Assembly: GCF_009914755.1 (NCBI RefSeq)
Contig: NC_060934.1
DNA: 64,000 bases
Reading direction: 5' to 3' (one strand)
From: the human T2T-CHM13v2.0 reference genome, Homo sapiens
Within the stretch, counting starts at the first letter, position 1, and every line of letters starts with the position of its first letter. The notes under the pieces were generated by a model. It ran no database searches. It saw only the letters and a list, made by a program, of their open reading frames with translations, and was not told the DNA's origin. Position numbers and translations under genes: made by a program. Below are positions 52,960 through 64,000 of the stretch, piece by piece.

Positions 52960-54545
52960 TGTGTTTTATTAATTTCAAATTTCAATATTCATTGCTGGTA
53001 TATAAGACAGCAATTGAGTTTTGCATATTGACTTTGTGTCCTGCGACTTTACTGTACTCACTTATTTGTTCTGGGAGTTTTTTGTAGCTCATTTGGGGTA
53101 TTCTACATAGACAATCATGTCATCTGTGAATAAAGGAAGTTTAATTTCTTCTGTCGCATTTCTTTTTCTTGTCTTATTAAACCAGATAGACCAGTACAAT
53201 AAATAAATAATAAACAAGATTATTATCTTATTAAACCAGATAGGATCAGTACAATAAATAAATAAACCAGTACAATATTGAGTAGGACTGCTGACAAAGA
53301 ACATTCTTATCTTGTTCCAAATCTTAGGAAGAACGTGTACATTATTAAATATGATGTTTGTTATTAAGTTTTTTTTAGATGTTCTTTATGAAGTTTAGAA
53401 ATTTTTGCCAATATTTCTAGTTTGCTAGTTATAGTTTCTAGTTTGCTAGGAATTTTTTTCAAATCATGAATGGGTGTTAAATTTTGTAAAATGCTTTTTG
53501 TATCAATTAATATGCTGTAAATGTTCTTCTTTAGCCTGTTGATATGGTTAATAAATTACATGGAGTGATCTTTTAAATACTGAAGCAGCCTTGCATACTT
53601 GAATTACTTGGTTGTGGCATGTACTTCTTTTTATACATTGTTGGCTCTGATTTGCTAATATTATGTGGATTTCCACACATAATATTTGTGAAACATATTG
53701 GTCTGTAGTTTTCTTTACTTATAATGTATTTATCTGGTTTTGGTACTGGAGTAATGCTAGCCTGTAGAATGAGTTAGGAAGTGTTCCATCTGCTTTTATT
53801 TTCAGGAAGAGATTGTAGACGATTGGTATTACTTCTTCATTAAGTGTTTGGTAGAATTAACCAGTAAAACCCTCTGGGCTTGGAGCTTACTTATTTGGAA
53901 AGATTTAATTTCTTTAATAAATAGAGGGCTCTTCAGGTTATCTGTTTCTCTTTATGTGCATTTTGGTAATTTATGTCTTTAAACAATTTGCCGATTTCAT
54001 CTAAGTTATTAAATTTGTGGGCATAGAGGTGTTTTTGAAATTGTTCCTACTATCCTTTTAATGTCCATGGGATCAGTAGTGATAGACCTTCTTTCATTTC
54101 TCATGTTGGTAATTCATGTCTTCTGTCTTTTATTCTCAGTTAGCCTGGCTATAGGTTTATTAATATTACTGATTTTTTCAAAGAAAAAGCTTTTGGTTTT
54201 GTTGATTTTCTTTATTGCTTTTCTGTCTTCAATTTTATTGATTCTTGCTCTAATATTTATTATGTCATTTCTTCTGCTTACTTTAGGTTAAATTTGCTCT
54301 TTTTCTAGTTTTACAAGGCGGAAGCTTAGATTATTCATTTTAGATCTTTTTTCTTTTCTAATATATGCATTTAATGCCGTTTATTTCCCTCTAAGCACTG
54401 ATTTCACTGCATTCCACAAATTTTGGTAAGTTGTATTTTCATTTTTATTTAGTTGAAAATGTGCTTTAAATTTCTCTTGAGAATTCTTCATTGACTCATG
54501 GATTATTTACAACTGAATTGTTTAATTTCTAAATACTTGGGGATG
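52960..54545 (-). mobile_element. L1MB/MC ORF2-derived fragment (decayed)
   Basis: cattgctggtatataag..., agaatgagttaggaagtgttcc, tttccctctaagcactg; no intact frame. Confidence 0.85.
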
Positions 54546-54704
54546 AGTCTACTGATTTTTGGGATGCACTGTGCACATTTCTAAAGTTCTCCAGAGCTGC
54601 CTTAGGGTTGCCTAAGGAGGAGATGCTGAAGCCTAGAGGAACAGGTCTGGCTGTGGCACTTCTGCCTTCACCTTGCTGCACGCAGAAATTCACAATGTCG
54701 ACAT

Positions 54705-55105
54705 GTTTTGTTAATTGGCTAGGTTATACTGTGGTGTGCTGGTAAGAACCTGCTGGTTAGCACAGCAGAGGCTTATTCCTGACTCCTGCCACTGGTCAAT
54801 AGAGGGTTGTAGGGAGGCTCTGCTCCATGTAATCACTTTGGAACTCAGGCTAACAGCAATGTTGCCATCCTGAAGCTGCAGCATCTGGAGCATGTGGCCT
54901 TTTCCATGACCATGGCAGGGGAGGAAACAGCTGGAGGGGGCTCGCACACTGGCTATTCTAGCACTTAGTCCAGAACAGCTGTCACACCCACTGGTATCAG
55001 AGTCCTTTGGCCAGAAGTAGTCATGTGGTACTACCTAACTGCAAGGGAGCTGTCAAACGTAGAGGATTAGATGGAGTTTTTGGTAAACTCTACTGTCTCA
55101 ACCAC
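54705..55105 (-). mobile_element. MLT1I/J-like MaLR LTR
   Basis: ggctaggttatactgtg...ggctctgctccatg...ggccagaagtagtcatgtgg..acctaactgcaaggg. Confidence 0.65.
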
Positions 55106-55597
55106 GATTGGTGTTCTCCCTAAGACTTCTTTGAAATGCAGTTTTGCTGCCCACTCCCCTTGTTGAGCAGACAAGAGTGCTATTTCAACATTCATTTCCA
55201 AGGAATAGATGAACCATGAGCACTTCACAACCCTTTGACCTTGCCTCAGGTCACATTCTCTCCATGTATATAACTCAGCACATATTAGCTGGAATTCTGG
55301 ACTCCTCAGTATGAGACTTTAACAGGTAAGAAGGGTGAATAAGCCTCAAGTGCATGTGTGTTAGAAGCTTTATAAACCCCTTTTTCTGTCACATGCAGAC
55401 AATTAGAGAAAGAAAATATGCAAAAAATGCTTTGGTGATTGCCAAGACTCAAAGGATTTGAGAGTAATTCCAATTCACATATATTTATTGCTCCATTGTT
55501 TTGCCAGGTATAGGAATATTTGTAAAAATGAAGAAGGTAACAGGAGGAATTGCTCAAGTTAGACTAAGATGCAGGATTCCTGAATTCGAGCAAATGA

Positions 55598-55931
<334 letters not shown>

Positions 55932-56103
55932 TCTATGCATTATTAAGTGTAGCTGTTGAGGCGTTTTCCATCATGGGGGAAACATGCGTGGCATATGCAG
56001 GCTTTCATCTTTGCCCGTTCTGATCTTTTCTCTCTCTTTCCCTCCCTCTTTTGCTCTCTTTCTATATATAGTTTATCTGTGTGTCTCTGTGTGTGTGTGT
56101 GTG

Positions 56104-56827
<724 letters not shown>

Positions 56828-57029
56828 TATTTATACTAATATGTTCATAATATCTATTTTAGTTTTTATTGAAAGAGTAATTCAAATAGTCCTAAAAAGT
56901 ATGTGATCAAAAGTAGGTTTCTGCTTTACACCTGGTCCCCAAGTCCTCCTCCCTAGAGGCAACAATTCTCATAAACTTCTTGGATGTACTTTCAGAAATA
57001 ATCTATGAATGTGCTTACCAAAATAAATA

Positions 57030-58640
57030 GCACAACTTACTAAAACAAATAACATTCTTCTTCAACACCAGCAACAAACAATGAGATAAAATGATAGAAG
57101 ATATCATAATTTTCACAATAGCCATGAAAACTATAAAATGTCTAAAATTTGGCCTAAAAATATTGCAGGATGACTTTATGGAGAAAAAGTTTAAAACCCT
57201 AGTGGAGTGTACAAGTGAACATACACAATTCTGTATGTGAGCCATATTCGTGGATTGAACAGCTTTATAGCTATGTCAATGCTCCTCAAATAAATCTATG
57301 CATTCAGTGCAATTCCAAATAAAAAATACTCATCACAAATTTTTGAGAAAGTTGGTAATATTACTCTAAAATTTATGTGAAAGAGTGTCATTATACAAAG
57401 AACTAAGTTTTGAGCAATTCTGAACACTAAAAACAAAGAGGTAGAATTTATCCTCCTGTGTAATAGGTACATTACAATGCTACGGTAATAGGAAGCAAAA
57501 ATGTAGTGACATATTGTAGAACAGAGGAGTGAACAGAACAGAGGGCTCAGAGATAGACCCATGTATATGAAATTATACATGGTAAAGGTGTTTACAAATC
57601 AGAGGGCAGATTTTTGTTTACTGGAAGACTGTGGGAAAAATTATTATGTCAATAAAAACAAAATTGGATCTGTCTCACAGCATGAACAAAGGTGAGATCA
57701 AAATGAATTAAAAACTTAAATGCAAAAGATAAAATATAAATATATGTGGATGAAGAGACAGGCAAATATCTTTGTGTCTTTTGAGGAAGAGGAAGATGTT
57801 CTGAACAAGACTGAAAAAGCACAAGCCCCAAGGGAAAAATAATCCATGGATCTGATCAGATCAAAATCAAGGATTTCTATTCAATAAAGGTCACCATAGA
57901 CAAAATTAACAAAACCTGAGAAGTAATGAATAGCAAGACTGTACAAGAAAATTTTTGCCTATGAGTGAGAAAAAGATAGGAAATACAAGAGGAAAAAATG
58001 GCCAAAGACTGTGAGTAGGCAGTGCACAAAGGGAGAGACCCAGGGGACAAAAAATTGTAGATCACTCTGCAATAGAGCAATACACGTTTGACCAAGGTGT
58101 GACTTCATTCACATTAGCTGGCCAAAAAATCAAAAGTTGGTGAACATCAGATTTGACCCAAAATGTAGAAAACTGGAAATTCTTATCCACTGTTTCGGGA
58201 ACTGTAGATGGTCTGTTTGTACATATGAAAATTCGATGATCAGATACTCCATGATCCAGAATCTACTCTCACCTTCCTGTCAATCCTAGAAGCCATTCAC
58301 TGAATCATGTTTGTGGGAGTAGAGGGATAGAGGCTATTTAGGGGTCTATGCTGGGGCCTTGAGTAAACTTATTAGAAAATGCTATGCAGCAGTTAGAAGC
58401 AAGAAAAAAAAATGCACATGGAGAAACATGATCCCATACAAAATCATGTTGAGTGAATAAAAATTATAGAATGAGATATGTAATATGCTAACTTTTATGC
58501 AAATTTAAAGCACATACAATCACAAAATTTACTACATAAAGAAGAGTGATACATCAGACACATTAGACGTGTTCCTACCATGGGAGGGGGAAAGGGAGTG
58601 AGAAACACGCATGGGGAAGAATAAACAAAACAAGAGAAGG
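57030..58640 (+). mobile_element. Old L1M (L1ME-like) ORF2/3' fragment
   Basis: tgtcaatgctcctcaaataaatctatgcattcagtgcaattccaa..., ctaaaatttatgtgaaa; heavily decayed. Confidence 0.75.
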
Positions 58641-58939
58641 CAGAATGGGAGAGTCTCCCAGAAATGGTCAAGTATGATCAACTCCAGCCTCTGCCCTAAA
58701 GAATAAGAAATCAATAAATAGATCAAGAATTCATTTTATTCCTTAAATTTTACCACAAAGTTGAGTTGTACTTTATTTGTTGACACATTACATTTCATAG
58801 ACAATTGAATCTTCTTTAATTTTAGAGTTTACGTTTTCTTTTTATATTTAGGAAACTTTTTGCCAGGTGCCAAATATTTTCTTGTGCCTTTTGAAGACAT
58901 GCTAGGATTGAGGCACGGACCTATACCATTATAAAACAT

Positions 58940-59975
58940 AATTGTGTACATAGTGTCAGATTTCATGGTCATATTACAATATATTACAATGTATTCACTA
59001 GTCAGATTTTGCTGGATATTTGGATTGTTTACAGTGTTCTTTTTACTTATAAACAATGTTGCAATGAACATTCTTGATATTCGTCTTTGCACTGGTGATG
59101 TATATCAGCAGGTTACATTGCTAAAAGTAGCATTGCCAAGGTGATAGATATTTATATATTTACTTGAAAAGAAACTGACAAATTACCCTTGTACCAACTT
59201 ATACTGTCACCCTTGCCAACATTAGGTATTATCAAACTTTTTAATTTTTGCTGTTAATTAATGAAATATTTTATTCATTATTTCGATTTTTATTTACTTA
59301 ATTAGAAATGGCTTTGCATAATTTTTTCATATTGTCAAAAGCCATTCATATTACCGTAGTTGGTCTTTTTCTTATTAATTTTCCAGTATACCTTATTTAT
59401 TAAGAATGTTAATTCTTTTTCATATGTTCCATAAATTTAAAGCTAGCTAGATATATGTTTATCTCTATCTTTGTGTGCTGTATCTAATTGTGATTTTTGC
59501 AATAACTTGATGGCAAAACCAGCAATTAGTTTTGCACCAGCCAAATATATCTAGATAATTTATTTTTATCGTATAACTTTCATGGCTTTATTTTTTAGTT
59601 TCATTTAATCTACCTGGAATTTACTTTAAGAAGTAACATAGGGACTTAAGAGCTTAATTTTTTCCCCTGTACTTAGTCAATTGTCCCAACATTATTTATT
59701 GAATCACCCATATTTTCCCATTAATTTAGGATATCACATTTGTCATACACTAAATATACTAAATTATTTGGAAGCCGTTTAAAAAGTTAGAACTTTTTTC
59801 CCATTGATTTGCATCTTGTTAATATGCCAATATGTAATAGTCATTCTAGATTTATGGGATAATTGGATTCACTCCTTCTTAGCACTCCTATTTTCATAAT
59901 TTTTGTGTTGCAAAGTTTCTTGTAAGTTTATTTTCCATATATATATTGTAGAATCATATTGTCTAGCTTAAAAAA
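58940..59975 (-). mobile_element. Old L1M fragment
   Basis: ataaacaatgttgcaatgaacattcttg; caattgtcccaacattatttattgaat. Confidence 0.65.
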
Positions 59976-60019
59976 AGTGAGGAGGGCGTCTGTGCAAGGG
60001 GATGGCCTGCCATGGGGAA

Positions 60020-61110
60020 GCAGAGCACAGGCCAGGAGAGGAGCATGTCCATGCAGGGAGAAGCTTGTGGCCAGAACGAGAGATTGGTTACGTATAGATC
60101 AGATAAGTAAATCTCATGTTTCTGGCTGTGGGAGAAGAGAATTGCAACTATAGAAAAGGAGAAAACCGAATGGATTCTGTGGTACTGGATAGGAACAGAA
60201 GGTTTTGTTGTGAACTCATGGTTAAGTATAAATGTATAAATGTAAATGTGTATATGTGCATGTATGTGAAGTGAGTATATTCTAGCTCTGATCACTGAAA
60301 GAGCCTGGGGGTGGTGACACCCCAGTGGCAAAGAGCACACCTAGCAGCAGTTTTTGGCTTCTACATAGCATCTGTATTATGCACCAACCTAATTGTTTCC
60401 TGTTGTTGCTGTAACAAATCACCACACACTAAGTGAATTGAAACAACTAATTTATTATCTCACAGTTATGGAGGTTAAAAATCCAAAATGGGCCCCACAG
60501 GGTTAAAAATCAAGATATTGGCAGAGTAGGGAACATCAGTTCAACCTGGAGGTTCCAGCCGTGAATCCATTTTCTTTCCTTATTTCAGCTTCTAGAGGCC
60601 ACCACATTCCTTGGCTTGTGGTCCCTTCCATCTTCACTGCCCACAGAGGCCTCACTGTGATGTCTGCTTTCTTCCTCACATCTCTGATTGATTTTCCAGG
60701 CTCCTTCTTTCACTGATAAGGGCTCTTCTGGTTACACTGAGCCCACCTGGGTAATCCAGAATAAACTGCACATTTCAAGATAAATTCCTCTTAATAACAT
60801 CTGCAAAGCCCCTTTGCCATGTAAGATAACATATTCACAGGTTCTGATGACTAGGATGTGGACATCTTTGGAGGCTATTATTCTGCCCACCATCCCCTTC
60901 TCCATTAAAGGGGCCTGGGAGCAATGGCTGATTCCAGGGCTGAAGCATCTTGTTGTGCCAGAAAATAAGAAAGGATTCAAAGAATGAAGGAGGCCTTTCT
61001 AAAGGACACAGAAGCCAAAGGCCAGGTCAAGAACAAGATACATAATGACAGTTACAAATTGCAAGTTAGAACAACATAGATATCCAGGAGTTCATATGGA
61101 TATAAATAAA
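60020..61110 (+). mobile_element. L1MC3/L1MD-like 3' UTR fragment split by MLT1D
   Basis: ctagctctg..cactgaaagagcctggg..gtgacaccccagtggcaa..agcacacctagc; atggctgattccagggctg..catcttgttgtgccagaaa. Confidence 0.7.
60375..60892 (-). mobile_element. MLT1D-like MaLR LTR
   Basis: gctgtaacaaatcaccaca...ggatgtggacatctttggaggctattattctgcccacca. Confidence 0.85.
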
Positions 61111-61124
61111 TTAATGAATACATT

Positions 61125-61770
61125 CTGAGCTTCAGGATGGGCGCTGGTCACCAGAAAGTCCAAGGCATGATTTGAGAGTTGAAACTTTCAGACCTTCCAG
61201 GAGAAGGAAGGAGGGACAGATAGGGCCCAATTACCAATGGTCAATGATGTCATCAATCATGCCTCTGTAATGGAATCTTTACAGAAACCCCTGAATTGAC
61301 AGGGCTGGAGAGCTTCTGAATTGGTGAACACATGGAGGTGCTGGGAAGGTTGCTTACTTGGAGAAGGCCTGGAAGCTCCGTGTCACTGTCTATCTTCATA
61401 CTTTGCCCTATGTATGTCTTCTCATTTGGCTGTTTCTGAGTTACACCATTTATAATAAACTGGAATACATAAGTAAAGGGTTTTCCTGAATACTGTAAGT
61501 CATTCTAGTGAATTATTGCACTGGGACCAGGGATGTTGTGGGAATCTCTGAATATATAACTGGTCAGTCAGAAGTACAGGAGACCCAGGACTTGCAACTG
61601 GTGTTTGCAGTGGGGGCAGTCTTGTGGGACTGAGTCCTTAACCCCTGGGGTCTTCACTAACCCTGAGTAGTTTGTGTCAGAAATGAATTGAATTGTTGGA
61701 CATCCAGCTGGTGTCAGCGAATCAGACAGTTGATGGTTGGGAAAGACACCCCATATTTGCTGTCAAGAGA
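61125..61770. mobile_element. MER21-like LTR
   Basis: agcttcaggatgggcgctggtcaccagaaag...tcaatcatgcct..gtaatg...ggggcagtcttgtgggactgag. Confidence 0.75.
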
Positions 61771-62179
61771 GTTGGTGGGGGAGAAGCACTCTCACCTGGA
61801 GAACTATTCCCAAGAAATAAGGGTAAATTAGAGGCAGACCAAACCACAAGAGAGCTGAAATCCTGCCTTCACCCTGGATTGGAGTAAAAAAATCAGTCAC
61901 TACTTTATTGATCATTGGAAGAAGGGTGAGTTCTCTCAGGCAAAACTAATCTATTGTGTGAGAAATCAAAAGAGGGGTCACTCTTGAGGAGAGGACTGTA
62001 GTGGTTAAAAGGGGCACAAGATGAACTCATGGGGCTGCCAGTCATGATGGGTTTGGAACCAGGTGCTAGGTATACAGATGTGTTCAGTGTGTGAAAAATC
62101 ATCAAGCAGACATTGACAATCTGTACCTTTTTTTCCATGAGTATATTACACTTTCAAAAAGAAGCATACATTTAAAATA

Positions 62180-64000
62180 TTCCAAGTTTCGGTTCTGCTA
62201 AGATGGAGTAGCCCCATTCCTCCCAGGTTGTCCTTCTTACAGCTAAAGAACAACTGCCATGAACACAACAAACAAGCACAGGAAGACCTGGACAGGTGGG
62301 AAGAGGAAGGGTCCTTAGCACCTGAGGAGCAGCCTGGCAGAGTTCCTCAGGTTTCCTTGTAGCCTCCCATGTATCCCAGCCAGGGTGCTGCAGAAGCCTC
62401 CAATCCAGAACCCCCAACAGGCACAGATAAAAAGCTCCAAGAAAACCTATTACCCTGGGAAAAGGACCAGGACAGGAGTGACCAAACAACAGAAAACTTT
62501 GTTGGCAATACCTGCCTTACTCCAGCTGAATGCGAGTGGAAACATCATGCCCACCCAAACCCTGGGTTTTAGCAGGACTGAGCCAGAAATTGAGCCTGCA
62601 CCCTCCTTCTTATGTCCTCCTCCACTTCACTGAAGCAGACAGTGCTTTGATTAATCCTTCAGGGAGATGCCAAGTGGAGAGGTAACCTTCCATTTCCCCC
62701 AGTGGAACTAGGCAGTGCTCCCGCTTCCTGCCAGGCTAGTGCTAGCTGGGCTGAGTAGGAAGCCAATCATCAATTATCTGGCCAGTGGAAGCAGTCAGTG
62801 CTCTAGCTCTTGACCAGGATAGCATCAGTAGGTTCCAGTGGGGAGCCGACCCTCCACCCACAACAAGGGGGTATGAGGTGGTACAAGGGGAAATAGTCAA
62901 CACCCCGCTTTTCTGCTATCCCGGCGTAGTACGTCCTGGAGAGGTGCTGAGCCTCCAGCCCCACTTAGCATCATGAGAGGGAATGACTTCGGGTGGGCAG
63001 GGCTAGATGGCACTTCAGCTGCTTCCTTTCCCTTCCCTGCTATCATGGTGTCAGCAGGACCCTACGGGTAGCTGAGCTTCCTCCCACAGCCTGCAGCAAT
63101 AAAAGAGTGTGAGTCAGCCCTATGCTTTGGCCCTCCTTGTGGCATCAAAGTCCCACAGGAAACTGAATGTAACACCCACACAGCCCTCTGTTACACCTTA
63201 AAGGGAGTTTTATTATTTCCTCCTTAATTCCTGAAGAATGATGAAAAAAATTAAATGAGATAAAGAGTTTTATAACATAATGTCCAAAATGTCCAGCATA
63301 CAGTAAAAAATTATTCATATACCAAGAACCAGGAAAACCATACCATGCATAAGAATAGACAGTCAACACTGAGATGAATCAGATGTTAGAATTATCTGCC
63401 AAGGACTTTAAAGCAGCCATCATAAAGATGCTTCAATGAGCAATTTTGAATTCCCTTAAAGCAAATAAAAAAAAATTGAAACTCTCGGCAGAGAAATAGA
63501 ACTTATAAAAGAAGAACTAAATGAAAATTATAGAAAGGAAAAATACAATAACACATAAAAATACCAGCTGGATGGATGCAACAGTAGAGCAGAAATGACA
63601 GAAGATAGAATTAGAGAACTTGAAGAAACATCAATAGAATTTACCCAACCCAACCTGGTCAACAGAGAGAAAGTAGACTGAACAAATTAACAGAGTCTCA
63701 GGATCTGGGCAACAATAACAGAAGAACTAACATGTGTATAATTGGAGCTCCAGAAAGAGGAGGCAGAGACTGGTCCCCAACAACACTGAAAAAGTAAAAA
63801 CTAAAAACTTCCTAAATTTGGCAAAAGATATAAACCTAGAGATTCAAGAAGCAGAGTGAATCCCAAATAGGATAAAGCCAAAGAAATTCATGACAGACAC
63901 ATCATAATTAAACTTGTGAAAACTAAAGATAAAAAAAAATCTTGAAGGTATCCAGAAGCAACACATTATCTCTAGGAAAACACCAATTTAAACAACAGAG
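62180..64000 (+). mobile_element. Old L1 (L1MD/L1MC-type) 5' UTR and decayed ORF1, running off the window
   Basis: ctaagatggagtag start; ORF1-like ataccaagaaccaggaaaa, aaggactttaaagcagcc, aacttcctaaatttggcaaaaga; multiple stops. Confidence 0.8.

Noticed and set aside
54061-54291. Hydrophobic 76-aa ORF resembling a membrane protein
   Set aside because: Antisense reading of A-rich L1 ORF2 sequence

Overview
Hominid (most likely human) non-coding genomic DNA. Ten Alus and one full-length SVA (SVA_D-like) establish the lineage; I cannot name the locus. I find no credible protein-coding gene, RNA gene or processed pseudogene; all listed ORFs look like repeat-derived or chance ORFs. The first ~52 kb is a GC-richer mosaic of unique sequence and old repeats (MIR, L2, L3, MaLR/ERVL LTRs, hAT MITEs). 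It includes several repeat-free, motif-dense blocks that look like distal enhancers. The last ~11 kb is AT-rich and dominated by decayed L1 fragments. Best observations: (1) an intact 1.9-kb SVA with a 15-bp TSD that splits a unique block; (2) a ~29 x 15-bp minisatellite whose variation is largely explained by CpG decay and which has open Cys/His-rich frames; (3) a ~72-bp micro-inversion inside a Tigger2 element; (4) several near-perfect small tandem duplications and one dispersed direct repeat; (5) candidate regulatory modules, including a steroid-receptor palindrome/FOX/HOX13/GATA/TCF cluster at ~36.1-36.6 kb and a strong TATA box at 48.2 kb. Repeat subfamily names come from recalled consensus sequences and boundaries of old repeats are approximate. 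I cannot support a previously undescribed biological system from this sequence alone.
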